Assembly (NCBI GenBank): GCA_947372235.1
Contig: CANBSW010000001.1
Span: 3,078 to 67,077, forward strand
Length of the DNA stretch: 64,000 nucleotides
DNA from: Chitinophagaceae bacterium
Lineage (GTDB): Bacteria > Bacteroidota > Bacteroidia > Chitinophagales > Chitinophagaceae
Direction of reading: 5' to 3'
A program made the position numbers and the translations under genes. This document shows positions 36,568 to 46,867 of the stretch, piece after piece. The notes below the pieces were generated by a model. That model did not search any database. It saw only the letters and a program-made list of their open reading frames with translations, and had not been told where the DNA came from. Every line of letters begins with the position of its first letter. The first letter of the stretch is position 1.

Positions 36568-36684
36568 TGCTTCTTGCTGGTTTCTTTCGCGCAAAACTAG
36601 GGTAAATATGGCTATTAGCTAATCAGCAACTGTCAATACCTGTCTGGTTGTTCTTGCTGGTACGGTTGTTGTTTATACCAACGT

Positions 36685-37203
36685 ATGAAACAATACCTCA
36701 AATCAAATCCAATTGTAACCCTTTTAACTTTTTTAACCCTATTCTCTTCCCCAATACTTATCGCCTGCAGCCCCGGTATCTCAAATACAATTGCAACAAA
36801 GTCAACTGAACCTGTAGCCGTAAATAGCATGGAAAAAGACATCCTGGGCCTTATCAACCAACATCGACGCTCACTTGGATTAGCTTCTTTGCAAACTGTA
36901 TCAGTTGCATCTCAACAGGCGTATACACATAGCAGAAATATGGCTTTACGAAAAACCGGTTTTGGCCATGAAGGTTTTGAAACAAGAATGGCCGTTGTTG
37001 GAAAAACGGAAGGATGGATCGTGGCATCTGCCGAAAATGTAGCGTATGGGCAATTATCTGCTGAGGCTGTTGTAAAAGGATGGCTTAACAGCCCCGGACA
37101 TAAAAAAAATATCGAAGGCAATTATGCATTTACCGGAATTGGTGTGTACCCGGATAAAAGTGGGAACCTCTTTTTTACACAGATCTTCTTCAGAAAATCA
37201 TAA
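36685..37203 (+). CDS. CAP/SCP domain lipoprotein
   Basis: LIAC lipobox, INQHRRSLGL, AENVAYG and W-x-NSPGHKKN motifs. Confidence 0.9.
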   Translation: MKQYLKSNPIVTLLTFLTLFSSPILIACSPGISNTIATKSTEPVAVNSMEKDILGLINQHRRSLGLASLQTVSVASQQAYTHSRNMALRKTGFGHEGFETRMAVVGKTEGWIVASAENVAYGQLSAEAVVKGWLNSPGHKKNIEGNYAFTGIGVYPDKSGNLFFTQIFFRKS

Positions 37204-37293
37204 ATCTAAACTGTGTAATTTATACATGGTTCCTCATAAAATTTATCTGCAGGATTACACGGCACTCGTTAACTTTATCTAAACGATTATGCT

Positions 37294-38304
37294 ATGAATG
37301 TGAACAGGAAGATCTTAACGTTAGATGAATTTACGTTAACACAGCTAAGGCAATTTCCTTCAGCCACCGGAGAGCTGAGTAGGTTGCTGCGCGACCTTGC
37401 ACTTGCCTCCAAAAGAGTGAATGTAGAAGTAAATAAGGCCGGCTTGGTTGATATTTTAGGTGATTATGGCACGGTAAACGTACAGGGTGAAGATGTAAAG
37501 AAGCTTGACATTTTTGCCAACAACCAGTTTATGGGTGTTCTGAAACACGGTATCAGCTGTGCAGGTATTGGCAGCGAAGAAATGGATGATTTTGTGGTGT
37601 TTGATGATGAAGTTAGTAACAACAGCAAATACGTAGTTCTTTTCGATCCCCTGGATGGTAGTGGTAATATTGATGTAAACGTTTCTATCGGTACTATTTT
37701 CAGCGTTTACAAAAGGGTAAGCGAACTGGGAAAGCCTTGCACAAAAGAAGATTTTTTACAACCCGGAAATAAACAGGTTGCTGCCGGATATATGGTATAT
37801 GGATCAAGCACCATGATGGTATATGCAACCAGAAGAGGTGTAAACGGATTTACGTTGGATCCCTCTATTGGCGAATTTACTTTGAGCCATCCGGACATCA
37901 AATGTCCTGAAACAGGGAAATTTTACTCTGTAAACCATGGCAACTTTTTTCAGTATGATGAAAAAGTTCGTGAATACATCAATGGATGCCAGCGCAAGAC
38001 AAAAGAAACAGGTGGCCCTTATACACAACGCTATATTGGAAGTATGGTAGCCGATGTACACAGAAATTTGATCAAAGGCGGCATATTTATGTATCCCGGA
38101 ACATTGGATAAACCCAAAGGAAAACTGAGGTTGTTATATGAAGCAAATCCATTTGCATTTATAGTAGAAGTAGCCGGAGGATTGGCCACTAATGGCGTTC
38201 AAAGAATTCTGGACATACAACCTACAGAATTACACCAGCGTACAGCCCTGTTTATTGGCAGTAAAAAAATGATGGAAGAACTGGCATCAATCACCAACTC
38301 ATAA
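37294..38304 (+). CDS. fbp: Class 1 fructose-1,6-bisphosphatase
   Basis: GEDVKKLD, DPLDGSGNID, RYIGSMVADVHR and KLRLLYE motifs. Confidence 0.96.
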   Translation: MNVNRKILTLDEFTLTQLRQFPSATGELSRLLRDLALASKRVNVEVNKAGLVDILGDYGTVNVQGEDVKKLDIFANNQFMGVLKHGISCAGIGSEEMDDFVVFDDEVSNNSKYVVLFDPLDGSGNIDVNVSIGTIFSVYKRVSELGKPCTKEDFLQPGNKQVAAGYMVYGSSTMMVYATRRGVNGFTLDPSIGEFTLSHPDIKCPETGKFYSVNHGNFFQYDEKVREYINGCQRKTKETGGPYTQRYIGSMVADVHRNLIKGGIFMYPGTLDKPKGKLRLLYEANPFAFIVEVAGGLATNGVQRILDIQPTELHQRTALFIGSKKMMEELASITNS

Positions 38305-38314
38305 AACCAATTGA

Positions 38315-38809
38315 ATGAAGTTTTCTTTTCTGGTAACACTGTGTTTTCTTTTGATCGGACAATTTGCAAATGCACAAAGACTGCTTGACCCCAAGGGAAT
38401 GAATTATGTGATTACTGCCAAACCCAATAATATCATTTACAGGGATACCTTATATTCCGGAAGAAAACAATTTGAGGGTTTATTTTATCGTACGATGGAT
38501 CCCCAATTGATCAAACTGCTTGAAAAACACCAATCCAATAAAGTAGCGGGGCAGATACTTGGATTTGTGGGAACGATTGGTACTATCATAGGAATCAGGA
38601 AATTGTCGGGCGATAATGCCGATAAGGGTTTGGGCTGGGCATTGATCGGTGGCGGACTTGCTACAAGTTTAACCGGGGGATATCTGACATTAATGGGCCA
38701 GAAAAATATGCAAATGGCTGTAAATTTGTTTAATCAAAAACACCGACCGTCAGCAGCTTTAGGTATTGGTGTTGCCGGTAATGCTGCCGGACTGGTTTAT
38801 AAATTCTAA
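38315..38809 (+). CDS. Hypothetical secreted/membrane protein
   Basis: Signal peptide, Gly-rich hydrophobic hairpin, terminal YKF. Confidence 0.72.
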   Translation: MKFSFLVTLCFLLIGQFANAQRLLDPKGMNYVITAKPNNIIYRDTLYSGRKQFEGLFYRTMDPQLIKLLEKHQSNKVAGQILGFVGTIGTIIGIRKLSGDNADKGLGWALIGGGLATSLTGGYLTLMGQKNMQMAVNLFNQKHRPSAALGIGVAGNAAGLVYKF

Positions 38810-38811
38810 AC

Positions 38812-39573
38812 ATGGGAAAAACGATCATAGAAGTAAAGAATCTGCATAAAAAATATGGAGATTTTGAAGCGGTAAAAGGCATCAGCTTTGATGTATATGA
38901 AGGTGAGATCTTTGGCTTATTAGGCCCGAATGGAGCGGGTAAATCAACTACACTTGAGATCATAGAAACACTTCGTGATAAAACAAGTGGAGAGGTTTTT
39001 GTGGATGGAATGAATTTGGATACATCACCCAATGAGATCAAAAAGATCATTGGGGTGCAGTTGCAGACATCAGGATATTATCCATCCTTAAATCTGGTAG
39101 AACTGATCACTTTATTCTCGGGATTGTACAATGAAGACGTAGATCCTTTGGCATTACTGGATAAAGTAAATCTGCGCGATAAAGCCAAAGCCAAATTCAA
39201 AGAGATGAGTGGCGGACAAAAACAACGATTCTCTATTGCCACCACCTTGATCAATAAACCCAAAATCATTTTTCTGGATGAACCAACTACCGGACTTGAT
39301 CCGCAGGCAAGAAGAAATTTGTGGGACCTGATCCGGGAAATCAGAAACAGCGGAACCACGGTTGTGATTACCACACATTATATGGATGAAGCAGAAGTTT
39401 TGTGCGACAGGGTAGCGATCATTGACAGTGGCAAAATCATCGCATTGAATTCTCCGGATCATCTGGTAGATGAACTGGTGGCAAGTGGGTTTGAAAAACC
39501 CAAAGAAGTAAAGCAGGCCAATTTGGAAGATGTGTTTATTAATTTGACAGGAAGAGAATTGAGAGAAGAATAA
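38812..39573 (+). CDS. ABC-2/DrrA-type ATP-binding protein
   Basis: GPNGAGKST, MSGGQKQR, LDEPTTGLDP and TTHYMDEA motifs. Confidence 0.92.
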   Translation: MGKTIIEVKNLHKKYGDFEAVKGISFDVYEGEIFGLLGPNGAGKSTTLEIIETLRDKTSGEVFVDGMNLDTSPNEIKKIIGVQLQTSGYYPSLNLVELITLFSGLYNEDVDPLALLDKVNLRDKAKAKFKEMSGGQKQRFSIATTLINKPKIIFLDEPTTGLDPQARRNLWDLIREIRNSGTTVVITTHYMDEAEVLCDRVAIIDSGKIIALNSPDHLVDELVASGFEKPKEVKQANLEDVFINLTGRELREE

Positions 39574-39647
39574 TAGAATTATAATTTTTTGATGGGTATG
39601 ATCTGGTGACTGAGAATTGATTTTTTATAAAATAATATAACTGCGTT

Positions 39648-40175
39648 ATGACAAACGATCCGCGTTATCCTATTGGTAAATATGAACCCCAGCCTTTTTC
39701 CGCAGAGCAAAAAGAAAAATGGTTACTGGATATTAAATTCCTGCCGGAAGAACTGGAGCGATCATTATTGAATTTAGATGCAGATCAGTTGCATACACCC
39801 TACAGGGAAGAAGGTTGGACGGTACAACAATTGGTACACCATGTGGCAGACAGCCATATGAATGCCTATATCAGATTCAAGTTGGGTTTAACAGAATCTA
39901 ATCCAACAATTAAGCCTTATGAAGAAAAGGAGTGGGCCTTACTGGCAGATAATGAAACTGTGCCCATCAATGTTTCCATCACTTTATTACATGCTTTACA
40001 CCAGCGTTGGTATATGGCTATTAAAGACCTTTCAGATAAAGATTTTGCGAAAACCGTTGTTCATCCGGAGCAGGGAAGGCAAATGACATTGTGGTTCTTA
40101 TTAGGTCTTTATGCCTGGCATGGTAAACATCATACGGCACACATCAATGTATTGAGAGAAAACAAAGGGTGGTAA
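39648..40175 (+). CDS. YfiT/BstA-family (DinB fold) thiol transferase
   Basis: YPIG, GWTVQQLVHHVADSHMNAY and YAWHGKHH motifs. Confidence 0.92.
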   Translation: MTNDPRYPIGKYEPQPFSAEQKEKWLLDIKFLPEELERSLLNLDADQLHTPYREEGWTVQQLVHHVADSHMNAYIRFKLGLTESNPTIKPYEEKEWALLADNETVPINVSITLLHALHQRWYMAIKDLSDKDFAKTVVHPEQGRQMTLWFLLGLYAWHGKHHTAHINVLRENKGW

Positions 40176-40738
40176 TGGAAAGAGACATGACATGGAAGCT
40201 GATCTCTTCCCAAAAATTATACAGTGAAACATGGATGAATATCAGGATCGATACCTGTGAGAAACCGGATGGTACTGTTGTTACGCCGTACTATGTTTAC
40301 GAATTTCCTGAATGGGTGGCAGCTCTTGCCATCACCAAAGATGGCAAAGTAATTCTTGAAAGACAATACCGTCATGCATTAGGTAAGACGGGGTATGAGA
40401 TTCCCGGAGGATGTGTGGATAAGACCGATGCAAACTTTGAAACAGCCATAGCGCGCGAATTATTGGAGGAAACCGGTTATCGTTTTGATAAAATTGAATA
40501 CCTGGGAGATACTTCCAGTAATCCTTCTACCAATACCAATCTCATGCATATGTTTCTGGCTACTGGTGGCGAACTTGTAAAGGAACAGGAATTGGATGCC
40601 GGAGAAGATATAGAACTCTTATTGGTAACGTTGGATGAATTTATAGAAATGTTCAAGAACGATCAATTTCTACAATCCATGCATGTGGCAGTGATCTTCA
40701 AAGCCCTTGAAAAATTGGGAAGGATTAAGATTTCATAA
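40175..40738 (+). CDS. NUDIX hydrolase (ADP-ribose pyrophosphatase-like)
   Basis: RQYRH, EIPGG...ARELLEETGY; TAATG stop/start overlap with the upstream gene. Confidence 0.9.
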   Translation: MERDMTWKLISSQKLYSETWMNIRIDTCEKPDGTVVTPYYVYEFPEWVAALAITKDGKVILERQYRHALGKTGYEIPGGCVDKTDANFETAIARELLEETGYRFDKIEYLGDTSSNPSTNTNLMHMFLATGGELVKEQELDAGEDIELLLVTLDEFIEMFKNDQFLQSMHVAVIFKALEKLGRIKIS

Positions 40739-40755
40739 ATGGTCTGGTAATTATG

Positions 40756-40817
40756 TTGCCACAGATGCACAGATTTTCACAGATTTTTTTCTGTGTTAAT
40801 CTGTGCATCTGTGGCAA
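40756..40817. repeat. GCCACAGA/ATCTGTG palindromic family, best-preserved copy
   Basis: 20-bp perfect IR TTGCCACAGATGCACAGATT / AATCTGTGCATCTGTGGCAA. Confidence 0.85.
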
Positions 40818-40866
40818 AAACTATTCAATCACTTATGTAAAAAAATCATACCAAAAATCCGCGAAA

Positions 40867-42150
40867 TCAGCGCTCTACTTCCCCCACCAAAAACACACTC
40901 CCACAAACCAAAACGAGATCATCTTTATGTGAATGGCTCAATACATCTTGCAATGCAATATTTACCTCAGCAAATGAATTGCCTTTCAAACCAAAGCCTT
41001 CAGCCTTCCGCCTTAAGCTTTCAGCATCCAACGCTCTTGGTATTTGAGCTTGTGTAAAATAATAACTAGCTTGTTGTGGAAGTAATTTCAATACTTCATC
41101 AATTTCTTTGTCTTTTACCATTCCCACTACAATATGCAGATGATTGTAATTACTAAGTTCCAATTGTTTTTTCACTTCCCTTATGCCATCCACATTATGT
41201 GCAACATCCAATATTACTGCCGGGTTTTGGTGTATCAATTCCCATCTTCCATGTAAGCCGGTTAATCTTTTTACATGCGGTAATGCTTTTTGAATTGTTG
41301 CGGTATCTGTTTTCCAGCCCTGTAATTCCAATTGATGTGCAGCTTCTAAAACAGTGAGTAAATTTTTTGTTTGATAGATGCCGGGAAGGTCTAATTGATA
41401 GGTTTGATGTTCATCATTTTGGTTGGTCACTACATCAACACTCAATTGATGATGCTCATACTTCCAATCCGCCACATATCTTTTTTCCTGAGCATAGGCA
41501 AGTTGATTTTGTTCTGCCTTTCCTTCAAAAACAGGTTTTGTTTCAGGGATCACTTCTCCAATCACAACCGGGATTCCTTTTTTTATAATTCCTGCTTTTT
41601 CAAATGCAATCTTTTCCAGTGTATCACCCAACATATTCATATGATCCCATCCGATATTGGTGATGATGCTTAATTCGGGAGTGATGATATTGGTACTGTC
41701 GAAACGCCCGCCCAGTCCAACTTCTATCACTGCAATATCCACCTGTTGTTGGGCAAAATAATCAAAAGCCATCGCTACCGTGATCTCAAAGAAGGAGGGC
41801 TCTATTTCATCGATTAATGGCTGAATACGACGCGTAAAATCAACCACAAAATCTTCCTCACACCATTCGCCGTTTATTTTTATCCGTTCCCTAAAATCTT
41901 TTAGGTGAGGAGAAGTGTATAATCCTGTTTTATAACCGGCCGTTTGTAAAACCGCAGCCAACATATGACTGGTAGATCCCTTGCCATTGGTGCCGGCAAT
42001 ATGTATGGATTTGAATGTATTCTGCGGATTGCCCAATGCTTCACATAAACGAATAGTATTGGTAAGGTCTTTCTTAAATGCCGCAGCACCAATTCTGCTA
42101 AACATGGGCAGTTTGGTAAACAGATAATTGATAGTTTCGGGATAGTTCAT
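40867..42150 (-). CDS. folC: Folylpolyglutamate/dihydrofolate synthase
   Basis: HIAGTNGKGS, YTSPHL, EVGLGGRFDSTN, DVAHN and CGSVFLVG motifs. Start ATG 42150. Confidence 0.95.
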   Translation of the reverse strand: MNYPETINYLFTKLPMFSRIGAAAFKKDLTNTIRLCEALGNPQNTFKSIHIAGTNGKGSTSHMLAAVLQTAGYKTGLYTSPHLKDFRERIKINGEWCEEDFVVDFTRRIQPLIDEIEPSFFEITVAMAFDYFAQQQVDIAVIEVGLGGRFDSTNIITPELSIITNIGWDHMNMLGDTLEKIAFEKAGIIKKGIPVVIGEVIPETKPVFEGKAEQNQLAYAQEKRYVADWKYEHHQLSVDVVTNQNDEHQTYQLDLPGIYQTKNLLTVLEAAHQLELQGWKTDTATIQKALPHVKRLTGLHGRWELIHQNPAVILDVAHNVDGIREVKKQLELSNYNHLHIVVGMVKDKEIDEVLKLLPQQASYYFTQAQIPRALDAESLRRKAEGFGLKGNSFAEVNIALQDVLSHSHKDDLVLVCGSVFLVGEVER

Positions 42151-42294
42151 AATCTGTTGCAAATTATGCAACAATCAGGATTTTAAACGTAGGTGTATGA
42201 TATATTCTAAAACCCAATAAGTATTCTTTCAATCAAGAACTAATGAAGGGATTTTTTATATGATGAATAATAATGTTGATCGCTTCATTTTGCA

Positions 42295-43692
42295 TTAAAG
42301 CACATCAGAATTTTCTTCCAATTGTTGAATGGTTTTCTTTGCTGCCGCTAACCGTATTTTTTTATTCTTCTCCACCATAATATTAGTGATCCATTTTTCA
42401 AGTTTGTGATGTAACGGTATAAGCAAAGCGCCGATAGCGATTAATACACCCAGCATTAAAATGGGTGAATCATTTGTTAAATGGGCAAGGTAGGGATGGA
42501 TCAAAAGATTGATGAACTCAAATACAGCTAGCAGTTCAAGCACACTAAAAAACTCAATGAATTTAGTTTTTACAATGATGCTGCGACTCAGGGCAAAAAA
42601 CAATATGATCATAGTTATCAAACCAATTGCAATGGCGGCATATTGAAGATTATGTTGTCTTTCTTCTTTGGCTTTTAATTCCGCTGCCGCAATTTCGGAC
42701 TGCCTGTTTTTTTCGTCAAAAGCAAGGCTGTAGAGTTGATTGATCCGTTGTTGTTTAAATAAAGTGTCCTTAAGTACCGTGGCTAACTCAAGGTAAAAGA
42801 AGGCGCTATCTTTGTTTCCATTATTTTTGTAATAAAGGGATAGAAAATTACTGGCGTTTAGTAGTTTATCCGAAAATCCTCCGGATTTACTAATTTTGAA
42901 TGCCTGATTGGCATAAAAAAGTGTTGAATCCTTTTTTCCTTCCAGCTGAAATAAATCAGCCATATTTAAAAACGTACCACTTAATCCACGAAAATTATCA
43001 GACTGCTTTGAACAAAGAATACTCAGTCGGTAATATTCCATCGCAAGTTTCTTCTGTCCGGTCTCTGAAGATATTCCACCCATTACAGATAAAATACTTG
43101 CTTGGGCTAGTAGTGCATTGTTTTTATTGGCTATTTCATATCCTTGCTGGGTATAGAATCTTGCAGAATCATATTGTTTTAATCGCAAATAGGTGTCGCC
43201 AAGATTAAGAAATATGAAAGGATTTTTATTATTTAATTCTGAGTCTATTTTTTTTGCTTGTGATAAATAGGCGATTGCCTCATGATAATCCTCCAGTTCT
43301 TTGTAAATGATGCCTAATTGCAAAAGATCAACTTGCATACCTTCCTTGTTATCCATTTTTTCATTTATCTTCAATCCCAGCAAAATCGCTTCCATTGCTT
43401 TGGGTCTGTTTCCAATGATACGATAAGCATTTCCCATCAAATGATAGGCGGATGCTTCTCCCTTACTGTATCCTATGCGTTTTGAAAGTGTTAATGCTTC
43501 TTCTGCAAGGCGTAAAGACGTATCGGGTTTAACAGCTCTATTTGCCTGGCCGAGGTCTACCAGTTGAATTACCCGATTTGTATCCTGCTTTCCCTTTTGT
43601 AATAAGATTTTAAGGCTATCCTTTGTATTTATTTGTGCATCGGTATGTTTTGTGAATAGGCAGATAAAAAGAAAAAGCGTTATATATTTCAT
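42295..43692 (-). CDS. Secreted TPR-repeat protein with a C-terminal three-TM module
   Basis: Signal peptide, several TPR-like repeats, YLELA-x-x-LKDTLF, three hydrophobic helices; no HisKA or HATPase domain. Confidence 0.82.
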   Translation of the reverse strand: MKYITLFLFICLFTKHTDAQINTKDSLKILLQKGKQDTNRVIQLVDLGQANRAVKPDTSLRLAEEALTLSKRIGYSKGEASAYHLMGNAYRIIGNRPKAMEAILLGLKINEKMDNKEGMQVDLLQLGIIYKELEDYHEAIAYLSQAKKIDSELNNKNPFIFLNLGDTYLRLKQYDSARFYTQQGYEIANKNNALLAQASILSVMGGISSETGQKKLAMEYYRLSILCSKQSDNFRGLSGTFLNMADLFQLEGKKDSTLFYANQAFKISKSGGFSDKLLNASNFLSLYYKNNGNKDSAFFYLELATVLKDTLFKQQRINQLYSLAFDEKNRQSEIAAAELKAKEERQHNLQYAAIAIGLITMIILFFALSRSIIVKTKFIEFFSVLELLAVFEFINLLIHPYLAHLTNDSPILMLGVLIAIGALLIPLHHKLEKWITNIMVEKNKKIRLAAAKKTIQQLEENSDVL

Positions 43693-43803
43693 GAACAGTC
43701 AATTAATGTATTCTACCTAGGTCGATTGTCGCATGAAATATACGAATAGTTATTAATTCTATGTATGAATAAACTGTTGCTGTAAGATGATATATAACAA
43801 TGA

Positions 43804-44706
43804 TTATCCGCGAAGCTTGAAATTGAAAACAAGGGTTCCGGTTTGTTCTTCAGTATTACCTGCATTCAGTTTTAAACCACGGGCTTTGCGAAGGGCGATA
43901 TCGCGGATGGCCTGATTGGTAGTAGTAGTTCCGCGTTGGTTTACAACAGCCATAGTTACATTACCGGCTTTATCAACCGTAATATCTACAGCTACTTTTG
44001 CGTTTTCATTAAATTCATCTTCAAAAGAAGGAAGCTTGGTAATTCTTCTTCCATCCAAACCGCTTCTGATACTTACACCACCGGTTCCTCCATTGCCGCC
44101 GTTTCCACTGGCTGCATTGCCTTTGTAACTGTCTGAATTGGGGTTGCCATTCGGATTACCCTGATCTCCCTTACCACCTGCAATTCCCTGGTCTTTTACG
44201 CCATTATAGCTATCGGCACGGTTACCGCTGGTTGTAGTACTTGTACCGCCTTTAAAAACAGCTTTTGGTTTAGGTGGGGCAGGTGTGGGATTAGTAACGG
44301 TTGTTGTATTGATCTTTTTTGTTTTTTCAGCAGGTGCTGTAACCGGTTTGGTTGCAGGTTTAGTGGTTTTGTTTACAGCCGGTGCATCGCCATCGGCATA
44401 TTCATCAGTATTGATCTTTGGCTGATCTGCAGGTTGCTGCGCGGCTTTGGGTGGCGCACTTTTTACATCCTCCGTAGCAGAAGGCTCGCCAGGTATCTGA
44501 GGAGGAACATCACCCAAACCTGTTTCACTGTTGCCGAGGTTTACTTCAATCCCTTCTCCAAATGTTGGTGGAGGAATCTGCGGTAATGTCCACTGCAGAA
44601 AAAAGAACAGCATAAACAGCAATGCACAGATCAAAGCCGTGTATGTGGATGCTTTAATATTCTTCTCTCTTTCAAATGTAGCCGACATGGACTGATAATT
44701 GGTCAT
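43804..44706 (-). CDS. TonB-like energy transducer / TolA-like protein
   Basis: N-terminal TM, GIEVNLG, Pro/Thr/Gly-rich linker, C-terminal V-x-V-x-I-x-VDK-x-G-x-V domain. Confidence 0.8.
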   Translation of the reverse strand: MTNYQSMSATFEREKNIKASTYTALICALLFMLFFFLQWTLPQIPPPTFGEGIEVNLGNSETGLGDVPPQIPGEPSATEDVKSAPPKAAQQPADQPKINTDEYADGDAPAVNKTTKPATKPVTAPAEKTKKINTTTVTNPTPAPPKPKAVFKGGTSTTTSGNRADSYNGVKDQGIAGGKGDQGNPNGNPNSDSYKGNAASGNGGNGGTGGVSIRSGLDGRRITKLPSFEDEFNENAKVAVDITVDKAGNVTMAVVNQRGTTTTNQAIRDIALRKARGLKLNAGNTEEQTGTLVFNFKLRG

Positions 44707-44798
44707 ATCAAATGTACCTATATGGTTGATGGTAATAGAGAATGTTGAAAATTACATTCTTATCGGTTGGGTAATCCACTTTGGGGTATAAAGAAAGG

Positions 44799-44984
44799 TT
44801 AAGGTTGGGGGTGGTTAAAGTAGTTAAAAGGGGTAAATATGGTAAATATGGTAATTGGGTAATTAGATAAACGGAATAGAATAAGCAGATCTTATTGTTA
44901 ATGGGATTGATTAGTAAAAACTGATAAATATTCCCATTTTAACCCCTTTTAACACCATTTAACTTCTTTAACCCAATTTAACCA
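44799..44984. repeat. Degenerate 9-10-nt-period inverted array (GGTTAAA / TTTAACC)
   Basis: ggttaagg...ggttaaag-tagttaaaag-gggtaaata-tggtaaata-tggtaattg versus cccattttaac-cccttttaac-accatttaac-ttctttaac-ccaatttaac. Confidence 0.65.
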
Positions 44985-44991
44985 CTCTACA

Positions 44992-45759
44992 CTACCTAAA
45001 AAACGCATCATACCCAAACCTTAACAAAGTAGCCGTAATCACCACTAAAAAGAAGATCCGGATGAATTGATTGCCTTTGGCGATGGCGAGCTTTGCACCA
45101 ATCATTCCGCCAAGTCCGTTACAGATGGCCATGGGGATGGCTATTTTCCAAAGAATAGTTCCTTTTAAGAGAAAAAGCAGGATAGATCCGAAATTGGTTG
45201 ACAGGTTAACCAGCTTGGCATTGGCACTGGCATGTAAAAAATCGAATCCCAATAAACTGATGAAGGCCAATACCAGAAAACTTCCGGCGCCAGGGCCAAT
45301 AAATCCATCATAAAAACCAATACCTATGCTGATGAGTAATGCATATAACAATTCCTGTTTGGGAGAGTGGGTTTTATGTGTATGCTGACCAAAATTCTTC
45401 TTGCTGTAGGTATAAATAGCCACAAAGATCAATACCACAAAAATAACCGGCTTCATATAGCGGTTGCTCACCATGGTTAAAGCCTCCGATCCTGCAAAAG
45501 CAGCCGTAAAAGCGGTAACACACATGATGGCTGCCAAACGTAAATTCAGTTTTACTTTATTCAGGTATTGGATGGTGGCAAAAAAAGTTCCGGTAAATGC
45601 GGGGATCTTTAAAGAACCGATCACGGTGGCTACCGGAAATTGCGGAAGTAATACCAGGGAAGCCGGTGTCTGTATCAATCCACCCCCACCCACAATAGCA
45701 TCCACAAATCCTGCGGAGAAAGCAAAACAGCAAAGTAGTATCAGGGTTAAGGTGGTCAT
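44992..45759 (-). CDS. TauE/SafE (TSUP, YfcA-like) transporter
   Basis: AGFVDAIVGGGGLIQTP, GFYDGFIGPGAG and ANAKLVNL motifs. Confidence 0.92.
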   Translation of the reverse strand: MTTLTLILLCCFAFSAGFVDAIVGGGGLIQTPASLVLLPQFPVATVIGSLKIPAFTGTFFATIQYLNKVKLNLRLAAIMCVTAFTAAFAGSEALTMVSNRYMKPVIFVVLIFVAIYTYSKKNFGQHTHKTHSPKQELLYALLISIGIGFYDGFIGPGAGSFLVLAFISLLGFDFLHASANAKLVNLSTNFGSILLFLLKGTILWKIAIPMAICNGLGGMIGAKLAIAKGNQFIRIFFLVVITATLLRFGYDAFFR

Positions 45760-46685
45760 TATGCTGTAATTGTTTTCTTTTTAATGATCGTATTTGCCAA
45801 TATCAATCCACTGATCACCAATGCGCCGCTGATGATATGTACAGTAGTGATTTTTTCATGCAGGATCAATACTGCTTCAAATGTGCTGAATACCGGAGTA
45901 AGATTGCCAAAGAGAACCGTTCTTCCGGCGCCAAGTTTTTGAATGGATACGTTCCAGCTTAAAAAAGAAACGATAGAAGCGCCGGCTCCTAAATATAGTA
46001 TGGACCCTATCAGAGTATTGTTGAACTGGGGTGGACCGCTTACAAAAAGTTCGATCAAAAACATTGGGAATAACATCATCACACCCATCGCAAAAATCAC
46101 AAACAGAAAATTGATGGAAGAAATGTCTGTGGGTTTCTTTCTCACCAGTGTGCTGTAGATCGCAAATACAAATCCGCTGGATAAGATCCACAGATCACCT
46201 TTTGAAAAATGAAAAGCTGCCAGTACTTCGATACTCCCTTTTGATAAAAGCAATAAAATACCGGAGATACAGATCAACATTCCCAATAAACGAAATCCGG
46301 TGATCTTTTCTTTCAAAAAGAGTAATGCAAACAGGGTTGCAAAAATGGGGGAGGACGTGGTTCCGATCAATGCCATATTAATGGCACTGGTATAATGTCC
46401 TGAAAAATAGATACAGGTATTGAATAACGTAATACCACATAAGGAAACCCAGAAGAGGTATTTCCAGTTAGCTTTTACAGCAGGGATTTCTTGCCTGAAT
46501 TTTCTCCATGCCAGTGGTGTTATCAATATGGTAGCCGTTAGCCATCTGAAAAAAGCAAGACTAACCGGACCGATCTGCTTACTCACTCCCTTAGAAATAA
46601 TAAAATTACCAGACCAGATCAGGGTTGCCAATACAGCAAGGGCAACGCCGGTATAAATATCTTTTGAAGAGTGGGATCGGGTCAT
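45759..46685 (-). CDS. DMT (EamA) family transporter
   Basis: IWSGNF, two EamA repeats, GAGRTVLFGNLTPVF. Confidence 0.9.
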   Translation of the reverse strand: MTRSHSSKDIYTGVALAVLATLIWSGNFIISKGVSKQIGPVSLAFFRWLTATILITPLAWRKFRQEIPAVKANWKYLFWVSLCGITLFNTCIYFSGHYTSAINMALIGTTSSPIFATLFALLFLKEKITGFRLLGMLICISGILLLLSKGSIEVLAAFHFSKGDLWILSSGFVFAIYSTLVRKKPTDISSINFLFVIFAMGVMMLFPMFLIELFVSGPPQFNNTLIGSILYLGAGASIVSFLSWNVSIQKLGAGRTVLFGNLTPVFSTFEAVLILHEKITTVHIISGALVISGLILANTIIKKKTITA

Positions 46686-46834
46686 CTGATCGGTCTGAAT
46701 AAATAAGTTGCAAATATAGCCCTGCGGTAAATATGCATCTCATTTCATACTTTATAAAAAGGGTACCTGAACTTAGTTTTATACCTGCTGTCGCTCTTAT
46801 TGGATATTGAATTATCTTCATAACCCGTAAATAG

Positions 46835-46854
46835 GCACCATATTAAAATGGTGC
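46835..46854. promoter_or_regulatory. Palindrome just upstream of the galactarate cluster (possible operator)
   Basis: GCACCAT-ATTAAA-ATGGTGC, 13 bp before the ATG. Confidence 0.35.
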
Positions 46855-46867
46855 AGCCGGCTATATC

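Noticed and set aside
37214-37277. Possible sixth copy of the promoter motif upstream of fbp (TGTAA...CATAA...TAACTTTA)
   Set aside because: The second box is mismatched, and the -7-like box is 35 rather than 26-27 bp away.
40996-41025. 7-nt periodic GCCTTCA-type run inside folC
   Set aside because: It lies in frame (ESLRRKAEGF) at a position that looks normal in length. It may be chance codon usage, and an orthologue alignment is needed.
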